From Octopus vulgaris (taxonomy: Eukaryota), in assembly GCA_951406725.2 (NCBI GenBank), contig OX597817.1, forward strand, positions 175,894,001-175,958,000: a DNA stretch of 64,000 nucleotides. Reading direction: 5' to 3'. The notes beneath the pieces are model-generated. The model was given only the letters and a program-made list of their open reading frames with translations, was not told where the DNA came from and did not search any database. Positions 1 to 11,502 of this stretch are shown here, one piece after another; position 1 is the stretch's first letter, and every line of letters begins with the position of its first letter. A program made the position numbers and the translations under genes.

Positions 1-2005
1 GGTTGCTTTTTGCTTTTTATAATTTTATATGAGCTTAAAATTTCGTTCATTGTTTTGTCTGCTGTGAGGATGGTGAGGTTTTGGGTGATGATGTTGAAGG
101 CTTCGTTATTTCTGGGGTTATGTGTGGAGATGTACGGGAGTATTTTTAAGTCTTGCTTAGTATTTCGGCTAGTTTTCCTTAATCTTTGTATATCTATTCC
201 CTTAGCTCTTTTGATGCCCTCATTTACTAATGAGATTGGGTAGTGTCTTTTAGTTAGTGTAGATCTAAGTTCAAGGAGTCTATGTTCACGAGTGTACGTA
301 TCGGAAACTATGGTGCAGATTCTTTTAGCTAGGTTAAAGGGTATGTTGATTTTTATGTGTTTGGGGTGGCAGGAGTTAAATAATAGGTATTGTTTAGAAT
401 CTGTGGGTTTATAAAGATGTCTGTTTCTATGTGGTTGTTAACTATTCTAATTAAGATGTCTAGAAAAGGTAGTTGCTTACTGTTGTGTTCCATAGTGAAT
501 TGTATATTGCTGTGTATGTTGTTGAGCATTCTTTTGAAATCAAGGAGTTGATCCATTGCCAAAGTATGAAGCAATCATCTAAATATCTCTTCCATTTCTC
601 CTTTAAGTAGCAATTGAAAGAGGCGCCATATTTTTCTAGTGATGATTGGTATAATTTAAGTTCGTGGTAACACATTACGAGGTTTGCAATCACTGGAGCA
701 GCTCTGGTCCCCATTGCAATTCCGCATTCTGTCGATAGTAAGTAGTATCGAACAATAAATGATTGTTCAACAGGACGAATTTCAGTTCTTCAATTATAAA
801 ATTGTGGTTAATTCGTCCTGGGATCTCTTCTGGGTGTTTTTCTAGCCAAAATGTGATTGTTTCTATACCATAGTCGTGTGGGATATTAGTGTATAGATTC
901 TCCACATCGATTCACCAGTAGAGTTCTGTCCTTTACTGTCTTCGGGAGGTGGTTCAGCATGTCTAGGTCATCCCTGATATAGCTTTTCACATATTTTAAA
1001 AGAGGTTTGAGTAATATGTCAAGGAAGTTACTCAAACGGTGGGTTTCGCAAGGGCCAGCTATGATGGGTCTGAGTTTGAGGTCAATAGGTGGAGGGACAT
1101 TAATGCATAGGCTTGTAGAGACTTTGCAGGCTTCACAAATGAGTGGATTTTTATGTATTTTGGGTAATCCGTACAATAGACTAGGACTGTATTTGAAATT
1201 GGATAAATAGTCTATTTCAAGTTTAGTGAGACCCTTTCCATGAATGTGGAGCAAGGGGGATAAGTTTTTCAGTGTTTTCTGTGGGTTGTAATATGTTAGT
1301 TTCTCATAGTAAGTATTATTTTCCAACATGGAATGTATTAAATTTTTGTAGTACTCTGTATCCATCAAAACTACCACACTTTCTTTGTCGGCTTCTTTAA
1401 TAGTGAGGTTTATGTCATTTTTTAGCTCGACAAGGTCTTTCCATTCGTTTAAAATAAGGTTGGATTTGATATGTTGTTTTGGAATGGTATTGTAAGGAAA
1501 ACAAGTTATGTGATCACAGAAAACATCAAGTGCTTTATTTCTACATTTTGTAGGATGGTACTCACTTTTGTTTTTCACTATTGAGTCATCTTCACTGGTA
1601 TAGTTGTGAAGAGCTTCTGTGTGGCGTAATTTACGGCAGAAGTCCAAAGTATTGTCCTTAATTTCATTTGGGTTCGATCTGCGGTGGGTAGGGGTAAATT
1701 TTAGACCTCTTGCTAGGATTTTGATTTGTGTAGAACTCGGGATTTTCTTTGACAGGTTGATTATTTTCGGTTGGACTTGTTTATTTGTTTCCATTTCACA
1801 TTTCTGTTTCTCTGGTTTGCGTCTAAAAAATGGTTGTAGTATGTGGATTGTAGTGGAAGGTCTGTATTTTGTTTGGTTTGCTGAGGGAAAGGTGGGTGTA
1901 AATTGTGTCTATGGTAGTATGTTTGTGGTGGAGTGGTTGTGTAGTGTACTGGATTATGGTTGTACTGAGGATTGTTATATCGTCTGTGGCTGATGTAGTC
2001 TGGGT
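1..2005 (-). mobile_element. Penelope-like element (Neptune/Poseidon-type) reverse transcriptase ORF, frameshifted; continues beyond the window start
   Basis: Consecutive minus-strand ORFs 886-1794, 690-905, 460-714 and 353-574 give PLE motifs IINLS..LARGLKFTPT, IKEADK..VVLMD, LYGLPKIHK, LRPII, LYTNIPH, MGTRAAPVIANL, RYLDD and LPFLDILI; HPKHIKINIPFNLAKRICTI follows near 310-370. Several frameshifts. Confidence 0.92.
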
Positions 2006-2022
2006 TTATATATATATATATA

Positions 2023-2390
2023 GTGATGTAAATATGCCATTTGAATATGGCTAACCCCTAAGGGTGGATGCTACTGTAGTTTTTAGCCCCAGGGAAGACA
2101 TCTCCTCCAGCTGGCTATAGACACACTTTCTGTGCCCTATCTGTATTTGCAAAGGGAAGCCATACTTCCCGTCTTCAACTTATGATACACTCGGACCCGA
2201 GTTTCAAGGTATTGACCTATCATCAGCGTGTGACAATCACAGTTGTCGATAGGAAGGAGGTTCTCTTTACAAATACGGGCACAGAAAGTATGTCTATAGC
2301 CAGCTGGAGGAGATGTCTTCCTGGGGCTAAAAACTACAGTAGCATCCACCCTTAGGGGTTAGCCATATTCAAATGGCATATTTACATCAC
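2023..2390. mobile_element. Inverted pair of PLE pseudo-LTR-like sequences (about 125-bp arms) with a hammerhead ribozyme between the arms
   Basis: 2023-2150 is the near-perfect reverse complement of 2265-2390; a (TA)n tract separates it from the PLE ORF; related copy at 20757-20908. Confidence 0.8.
2186..2232 (-). ncRNA. Minimal type I hammerhead ribozyme
   Basis: Minus strand reads CACACG-CUGAUGA-U-AGGU-CAAU-ACCU-U-GAAA-C-UCGG-G-UC-CGAGUG: core, stem II, short stem III, GUC site and stem I (5/6 pairs). Confidence 0.8.
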
Positions 2391-2434
2391 GATGTGTTTC
2401 TGCTACTGTTGATAACTCACTCTGATATTTATCA

Positions 2435-2544
<110 letters not shown>

Positions 2545-2705
2545 ATAGTTTATTTACAATGCGTGTTTTCATTTATTATTAACAGAACGCAACACACAGC
2601 AGACGTTTATTAACATATTGAGTTTACATATACTCTGTGTGACTCTACTCTTTCACCTTTTCTTTCTCGCCATGTTACTTCTATTTCTAGTCGGTCCACG
2701 TTCCC

Positions 2706-2758
<53 letters not shown>

Positions 2759-3771
2759 TCTCTCTTGCTCTCTCTCCCTTTCTCCTCTGCATGCTTCTGT
2801 CACGTGACCTGTGGCCAGTTTTCCTTCATTTTCTCTTTCTCACAGTTTTTCATAATTCTGTTTCTCACAAAACAACTTTCTCCGTCTTGCTATTTACTGT
2901 TGTCTCTATATCTCTAAGTATTTTTCTAAGCGTTACCCACCACTCTTGTCTTTTGGCCGCAAGGCCGTATTTTTCTCGTTTCGCCTTTGCCTATCTTCTT
3001 GAATTACGCTTTTTAACTTTCGTATGTCCATTCTATGTTGTTTTGTTTGCTTGAGACCCGATTGCCTGCGTCTTTCGCAGGCACCTCCAAGATGGGAAAC
3101 CCTTCAGTCTTATCATTAAAGATATAAAACTGAGAATCACCATTTTGGTTGATAACTAATGAAGAATTGGGGACCCTCTGTGTCTTATACGTATACGTTT
3201 TTTATCTGTCGTTGTATATTTCTTTTGCTCGTAGGTTTTAACAAGTCAACATTGACTTCTCCTGTCTCTGGCACTCGATTTTCTGAATTTGCGCTCTAAC
3301 GAATTTTTCCACCGTCTAGGCTTAAAAAGGCCCTCAATGTTGGTTCCTTGTCCTGTTTTTATTCTTTATGTGTTCTGTATTTTTATTTGTATTGCTTTTA
3401 CGTCCTCTTCTTGTCACTTTTTTTCTTTTTTTACCCCTCTGCAAAAGAATTTTATTTAATTCATTTTGCAGGAAGGATTGCTTCGGCTGGATCGTGTTCT
3501 GCCCTTACCCTCGAAACACGCAATGAGTCGAACCAGGGGCAGCTGATGAAGGGGAATATTCCTTGTATTGTTTGTCTTGTACTCTGTTTTTTCGTTGTTA
3601 AAAAAAGTCCGTTTCCTTGTTTGATTTTATGTTTTCGTTTCTCGTTGTGTTCTACGTTTATTTGTGGTGTCCTGTACTCATATATATATATGTATATACT
3701 CTCTGAAAGGTATGTACGTATATATATGTATGCATATATTTTATTTGTTAAATTGTTATTATATATATGTG

Positions 3772-3886
<115 letters not shown>

Positions 3887-3892
3887 GTATAT

Positions 3893-4299
3893 ACTCTCTT
3901 TTACTCTCATTTACTTGTTTCAGTCATTTGACTGCGGCCATGCTGGAGCACCGCCTTTAATCGAGCAACTCGACACCGGGACTTATTATTTTGTAAGCCC
4001 AGTACTTATTCTATCGGTCTCTTTAGTCGAACCGCTAAGTAACGGAGACATAAATACACCAGCATCGGTTGTCAAGCAATGCTAGGGGGGACAAACACAG
4101 ACACACAAACACACACACGCATATATATATATACATATATACGACGGGCTTCTTTCAGTTTCCGTCTACCAAATCCACTCACAAGGCTTTGGTCGGCCCG
4201 AGGCTATAGTAGAAGACACTTGCCCAAGGTGCCATCCAGTGGGACTGAACCCGGAACCATGTGGTTGGTAAAGAAGCTACTTACCACACAGCCACTCAT
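3893..4299 (-). mobile_element. tRNA-derived SINE family A
   Basis: Matches 23792-24330 and other copies; head with A/B-box-like GTGGCTGTGTGGT...GGTTCAGTCCC, internal TA/TG tract, tail ..TGACTGAAACAAGTAAA. Confidence 0.85.
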
Positions 4300-4302
4300 A
4301 TG

Positions 4303-4351
<49 letters not shown>

Positions 4352-4352
4352 A

Positions 4353-4407
<55 letters not shown>

Positions 4408-4419
4408 GTATATATATAC

Positions 4420-4482
<63 letters not shown>

Positions 4483-4639
4483 CATACATATCTATATATA
4501 TACATACATATATATATATTTATATATACACATACATATATATATGTGTATGTCTGTATATGTATGTATAATGCACATATATATGTATGTATATATATAT
4601 ACATACATACATACATACATACATACATACATACATACA

Positions 4640-4671
<32 letters not shown>

Positions 4672-4712
4672 CATATACATGCATGTCTGTCTATATATAT
4701 ATTATATATATA
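4300..4712. repeat. Compound (TA)n/(CATA)n microsatellite
   Basis: Direct reading. Confidence 0.95.
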
Positions 4713-4943
4713 AGTTAGAGGTTATGCAACCGTCTAAGGGATAAATGTATCAGTAGGCCTTGCTATAAAGTTAACAGTAGTTGGTAGTTTAAATGGTAAA
4801 ACTGTGGTTTAATATATTCACATAAGAAAAGAAATGAAGCAACAATTAACAATTAGAAGCTGATCACTGGTATTAAAAAGTCACAGTTTAATTGTAGTTC
4901 AAGAACATTAAAAGACGTATACATATATAGATATCTATAGCTG

Positions 4944-5235
4944 TGAAGACGCGTTAACTGTTCATTAAAGGTGTTGCTTTCATGATTGTAAGATCGTTGT
5001 TTCGATTCTCAGACAGGTTGTGAATTGTATCCTTGAGCAAAACACTTAATTTCACGTCGCATCAGTCCATTTAGCTGTAAAAGAGTAAAACTGTGATGGA
5101 TTGGACTGGGTAAGTCTGGCCTGCTCACCTTGCCAGCGAGGTGGCATCATTCGAGAGCAACAACAATTCGAGGAACTGCATTGTGACCAGCGTTGTATAA
5201 GAATAACTGATAGTCTGCTTCATACAGTGATACCC
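4944..5235 (+). mobile_element. Degenerate tRNA-derived SINE family C (tail type 1)
   Basis: GTTTCGATTC B-box and CTTGAGCAAAACACTT core; tail GCATTGTGACCAGCG..GTGAT shared with 8128-8392 and 52343-52462. Confidence 0.7.
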
Positions 5236-7441
5236 TTATATCTGTATCCATATATTTATCTAGCTAGCTAGCTATTTGTTTGCTTGTCTGCCTATCTCTC
5301 TGGCTGCCCGTCTGTCTATCCATCTATCTATTTCTTTCTCGCTTTCTCTGTCTGTCTGTCTGTCTGTCTCTCTCTCACTCTCTCTCTCTCTCTCTATGTG
5401 TGTGTGTGTGTGTGTGCGCGTGCGATCGCATGTGTGTGTGTTACTGTAATATTAGCCCCAAGCGGTGTTTAGGCACAAGCAAAGTTTAGATTGGTTAAAT
5501 ATGTTTTTAGCAGTTGAAATATGCCACAGACACATTTTAACTAAACTAAACTTTGCACACACTCACACACACACGCGCACACACACACACACATATACAT
5601 GCATACACATACATACGCAATACACACACACAATACCTGTATAAAAGAATGATAAGCTACCACCAGCCTATTTACAAGAAAGACTGTTCGGGATCTTTAT
5701 TCTCAGAAAAGTGAACAGGTGAAAATGTTCGTGAGAAGAACCTTCAGTTGTCTTTCTTCATCTTGTCAACACGGGCATTAAAGTCACACCAACAAGAGTA
5801 AATTGTTCATGTAGAAGCAAAGAAAGACACTGAGATTACCATATAGTTGTCTGATAGTGTTACACCTAATAAGGACGAATGCACTAAAGATTGTCGCATG
5901 GCTCAGGGGATAAAGTGACACAGTTAACTTCACGAATCGTACACTAATTTTAGACTGGTCTGAATGACGTTTGTTACAGCGGATTTGCCTTAAAAATAAT
6001 AATATATTTTGATTTACTTTAAATCGCAATTTATTACACGAACAAATAGCACGATGGCTCCAGTTTATAAGGGAAGGAAAAGAATGCAATTTTTTTTTAA
6101 TGGCAAAGTCAGAAGAGGAAGGCCTGTTCCCAAGACTTTTTTAAAAACTGCTGGCGAAAAAGAAGAGATTAATCACAACTCATAGGTTACTGCAATGCCA
6201 AACAGCGCATAATGATACAAGGTTATTCTCAAACCGGAGTGCCTTTAACAGAATACACCGGATCAATAAATTAGGCTGATCGATCAAAAATAGGTATTAC
6301 CCATCTGACGGGCATTCCTCCAGAATCTTTTACAAAATTTTATTCACAAGACTTGGTTCGATCCGAAACTATGGTAGTTAAACACTTAGCAAAACTGCTA
6401 CGTAGCAGAATCGAACTTAGAACTACTTATCTACGATGCAAACTTGTTGACCAGGTGTTATGTCTACGATCATGTATCTCAAAGCATTAAAGATGCAAAT
6501 GCTTCGATTAAAAATCGAAATCCAAAGAGGTTCAAAGACCTGGTTTAATCAAAGATGCAGATAAAAGACTCAACAGGGAACATGTTTCGCTTTCAGGGAG
6601 ATTTAGGCTTTGTTGAAACCATTGGAACCCAATAGCACTTCTTTCCATACAAGTGATAGTAAAACATACCTATGAAAAATACGAAATCAGGACTTCCAAT
6701 CAATACCGTGTCGATCTTTACATGGGACTATACGTATTGGGGTTCATAATTGATAACAGCTAAGAGGTTAAGGATCTTGGCTACAGTGGTCCACTGCTCA
6801 TCTGATACTACATTGAATCAGTTTTCTAGAGCTCTGCCAACCACTGATCTCTTGTAATTGTTTTGGGTCATTTTAGAAGTGGAGCATCACCTCTGAACAT
6901 GCAGTCTTCCTCAATAGATTTTAAAATGGTTAACCTTCTATTTCCATCATCCAGGAACACTGTAAAAATTGAACTCACTGCAAACTAACGAAACACTGGT
7001 CAATGTTATAACATTGTCCCTTCTTAGAGAGACGAATTTTATCAACCCGATCTGATTCATACATGAAGAGCTAGATGAACTGATTAGAAGACATTTTCAC
7101 ACTCAACTACAGAGTGTGAAAATGTCTTCTCTGTTTACTGAACACAGACAACAGGATACAAACTTCCCAACAATTCGATTGGTTCGCTTATCGCCCGAAA
7201 TAGATTTATTCTGCCTATGACCAGGCATTTTTTTTTACAATTATTTATCTATTTATTTTTGGGCTATACGATATATTTACAAAATGTCAGTTCTTAAGAT
7301 TTCCTTCTCACTTTTGTCTCTGACACTCCCTTTTCTTCTCTATGTAATTGTTGACTCATTATAAGTTTCTTTGGTTATAATTTACTTTACATAACTGAAC
7401 GCGCCCTAAACATTTACACTCGTGCACAAAAAATATAATGT

Positions 7442-7494
<53 letters not shown>

Positions 7495-7693
7495 TGCACA
7501 TATCTATGCTAATGCATTGATACATAGATAAACATACGCACGTTCGATTTTCTGTAAAGGCTTGCTGCTTACTTTTCACCGAATTCTAAAGAGTATTACC
7601 TGATTTTCTAAGCTATCTTCTGTAGAATACCGACACACCTGGTGCTGATACGTTTATTTGCAAAATGTTCTCATATATATATATATATATATA

Positions 7694-8081
7694 TATAATC
7701 AAAATAAGCAACAAGTATATCCAAGGTATGGAAGTACAATTGTTTCATGCTACTTCATTTTATTAAACACTGTAAGTATTACATCAGTTTTAAAATGTTG
7801 AGCAATCTTCAGCCACTTATAGAATTTTCCAGTTAAACGGACTATGCAATTGGAAAATTCTATAAGTGGCTGAAGATAGCTCGACATTTTAAAACTGATG
7901 TAATACTTACAGTGTTTAATAAAATGAAGTAGCATGAAACAATTGTACTACTCTACCTTGGATATATTTGTTGCTTATATTGATTATAATCACCCCATTT
8001 GATTTATATGGATAATACCATACAAAATTCTGGTGTCTTTAACTTAAGTACCATATTTATCTGAATCTAAATTTTGCTGAA

Positions 8082-8085
<4 letters not shown>
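7694..8085. mobile_element. Head-to-head inverted pair of HHR-bearing elements between two (TA)n tracts
   Basis: Arms 7694-7834 and 7848-7987 are near-perfect reverse complements; (TA)n at 7672-7697 and 8084-8127. Confidence 0.8.
7864..7953 (+). ncRNA. Type I hammerhead ribozyme with long stem II insert (mirror copy on the minus strand at about 7730-7818)
   Basis: AGUGG-CUGAAGA-U-(A/U)GCU...AGCA-U-GAAA-CAAUUG-UA-CUACU; palindromic loopless stem III. Confidence 0.72.
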
Positions 8086-8127
<42 letters not shown>

Positions 8128-8130
<3 letters not shown>

Positions 8131-8392
8131 TGATCACGTGACCGACCAGGCCCTCAGATGTTGTTACACATCGCTGATCACAATGCGCTTCTGCATTGTT
8201 TTAGCGTTCAAATGACACAACTCCGATGGCTTGAGGAGCTGGCCAACAATCCCCACAGATTGAAAGGGGGCAGGAGCAACGTGAAATGAAGTGTTTTACT
8301 CAAGAACACAACGTTCTCCCAAGTCAGGGAATCGAACCCACTATCTAGCGGTCGTGAGTGCAACACCCTAACAAGTAGACCACGCGCCTTCA
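8128..8392 (-). mobile_element. SINE family C (tail type 1)
   Basis: Reverse complement has tRNA-like head GAAGGCGCGTGG..GTTAGGGTG..GGTTCGATTCCC and the tail shared with 52343-52462. Confidence 0.8.
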
Positions 8393-8615
8393 CACAGACA
8401 AGTTATATTTAGAATTAAAATTAAGGTTTAGATAGAAGACATTAGAAAGCAGTATCTAAACCTTATTTCGGGTAACTCCCAGGTAGTGTGCCTGCCGACC
8501 ACGATCACTACCTATGGCTACCAGGTGTCATCCTCGGACTGCGTTTTCGTCGCTGGACCTATATAAGGAATTCCTAGGTGCACGTTGAGTATATACTAAA
8601 TGACTGATTCGGAGG

Positions 8616-8769
<154 letters not shown>

Positions 8770-8816
8770 TAGCTCGGTTACGATGTGTGTGTGTGTATGT
8801 GTGTGTGTGTGTGTGT

Positions 8817-8900
<84 letters not shown>

Positions 8901-8904
8901 GTTG

Positions 8905-9290
8905 ATACAATCCAATCCTGTTTCTCCAAGAAATGGATCTACGCAGCAGATCAGCAACCAGGAAAGCTGGAAAAAAACTGAGGCTCTACTTTCTGTTGCG
9001 AAGACATAAAAGATATCCAGTGAAATTGATATGTAAAGTCGTGCAGTGTCCACCGCCGAGCTTTGGAACTGAAAGATCCACCAATTTCCGAATGGAACGC
9101 CTCTACATTGTGCCAAATGTTTTCTCCTCCTCATGTATGATTAAGATTAGACAGTGTAGCATCTCAGCCTTGAAGGACCCGCAAAGTTTCAGTAACTTGC
9201 AAAAATCCTAAGAGAGCTACGAGCAGTCGATATCTTCAAAAACCACCCAGACATCATCATATCTAATATTTCAGATGAATATCTCACTGC
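8905..9290 (+). pseudogene. Highly decayed PLE ORF N-terminal fragment
   Basis: Frame pieces KKLRLYF, CPPP and LRELRAVDIFKNHPDIII resemble the RKLR..ELKNDINLTIKEADK region of the PLE at 886-1794. Confidence 0.4.
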
Positions 9291-9549
9291 ATGAAACACA
9301 AAGGCATAGAGAGAGACAGAGACAGAGACAGAAGGATGTGGGGAGGGAGACACGCTGACAGTCAGACACACAGAGAAAGAGAGGTATGGAAAAAAGAGAA
9401 AATCACATTATTGGCGGTGCCGAAGTATGCTCACGTCTGGAAGAATTAATAAAAGAATAAAAGAAAATACACGCGCGTGCGCATAAACATACACAAATTA
9501 ATATGATATGAATATGAATTTATATATGCATATGTATATGTTTATATGT

Positions 9550-9795
9550 GGAGGTGCCTGGCTTAGTGGTTAGGGTGTTGAATTTATGATCGTAAGGTTG
9601 TGGTTTCGATTCCTAGACCGGGCGATGCGTTTTGTTCTTGAGCAAAACACTTCATTTCACATTGCTCCAGTCCACTCTACTGGCAAAAATGAGTAATCCT
9701 GCAACAGACCGGCGTCCCGTCCTGAAGGGGAATATATACGCCACTGAAACCGGGAAACCGACCCTTATGAACCTGGCATGGCTCGAGGAGGAACA
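9550..9795 (+). mobile_element. SINE family C (tail type 2, V-domain-like)
   Basis: GGCTTAGTGGTTAGGGTG..GGTTTCGATTCC head; GACCGGCGTCCCGTCC..GAAACCGGGAAACC tail shared with 47820, 53114 and 31207. Confidence 0.8.
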
Positions 9796-10200
9796 GTTAT
9801 ATGTTTATATATTAAAAACAGAGTAAACAGCCAAAACATATGGTATCACTTTGAGCATTTAATTTTTGATTTAAACCTAATGTAGAGTAGTTCTAGCAAA
9901 TAGGTAAGGTCTCTTACAGCAGTTTCTAGAATAGCGAAGCGTGCGGATCTTATATTGTTGAGTAAAGATTTGCACGCCTGCTAAGTATTCCTCGATCGGA
10001 GAGAGAGAAATAAGGAACAGCCTTAACCCAGGGTATTATTAGTTACCAGTTTGTTGAGGAATTAAGGCGTGTCACAAGTAAGAGATGATATTCGTTGGTA
10101 GATCCATAATCAAAGGGAACCATACGTATATATTTATACGACTGTACGCACTCACATACATACATACATACATACATACATACATACATACATACATACA

Positions 10201-10231
<31 letters not shown>

Positions 10232-10476
10232 TTCTATTATTGGAGAAATTTCTAGTAGTTGTAGTTCCTGTTTTACATCAATAGTTGGGGATCTTACATA
10301 GCGCCCAACCAATTAATCCAAATGATGGCATCAATACTAAAACAGGACCCATATTTTGGACAAATAATATATTATATGCAGAAAGCTCCAGGAACCATAT
10401 TTCGTTTATATATGAAGGTGGAGAAAAAAAATTGAGTGGAGTGGAGATAATTGCAGCATTTGACTCTAAAAGATAC

Positions 10477-10774
10477 TTATTTCTTTATTGCCCACAAGGG
10501 GCTAAACATAGAGGGGACAAACAAGGGGACAGACGAAATACCTATTTCTTTACTACCCACAAGGGGCTAAACACAGAGAGGACAAACAAAGACAGACAAA
10601 CGGTTTAAGTCGATTATATCGAACCCAGTGCGTAACTGGTACTTAATTTATCGACCCCGAAAGGATGAAAGACAAAGTCGACCTCGGCGGAATTTGAACT
10701 CAGAACGAACTGCAGACGAAATACGGCTACGCATTTCTCCCGGCGTGCTAGCGTTTCTGCCAGCTCGCCGCTTT
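10477..10774 (-). mobile_element. SINE family B (Deu/Nin-domain-like), partial dimer with 19-bp target site duplication
   Basis: Core GTCGACTTTG(T/C)CTTTCATCCTTTCGGGGTCGATAAA; TSD ATTTGACTCTAAAAGATAC at 10458-10476 and 10775-10793. Confidence 0.9.
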
Positions 10775-11502
10775 ATTTGACTCTAAAAGATACGCCATTC
10801 CGTATAGTACATTTTTCTGTAGGTAATTTAGCTATTAAATAATTATTTACAAATACCAACTTTTGGATTACCATACTAATATGTATTAGAGTTTTCATAT
10901 ATGTTTTTATTAATGCAGTACGCTTGCATTAACACGTGTACAAATATTTAGTTTAATGGAACAGCAGTTTTGAGATAACGAATTAAATAGTTCAGTATTC
11001 TGTAGCACAATGAGTTAGATAATTATATGAAATTAGTTCATAGTTATTGCAGACGGAATAAGTAAAAAGTGTGAGTAATGGGTGCACGTTTCATCATTGT
11101 AACCTAAAATCTGTACCTTTTGTTAAACGTGACTCGAGTATGTTAAAAGAAGTGGGTGAGAGACTATCTTATGGAGAAGAGTGGCATGGCTCCGTGTAGA
11201 CTTCTGGATGGCTTTTCCTGGTTATAAAAAAAAAGTCTCACCAGCTTTTTTATAACCTAATGAAATTTTTCTATGATGTTCGACCAGACTATTTGGCGGG
11301 AAGATTTCAGCTCACTTGTTTACACACCAGCCGATTTGATTATGCGAAACATGTTCGCGTAGGCGTTAGTACCTTTTATGGCGGCGCAGTTAATCTTTCA
11401 TGGCTGGCTTTGCCTTTTATGGCAGTATTGTAAGCCGTGGTCTTTAACTCGGGAACCTGCACAGGGGTTCGAAATTCAGCAGGAGCCTCGCTACAACATT
11501 TT

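Noticed and set aside
11215-11500. GC-richer segment with small hairpins (GGTTATAAAAA..TTTTTATAACC; GCGAAACATGTTCGC)
   Set aside because: No complete HHR core or other assignable RNA motif; origin unclear.
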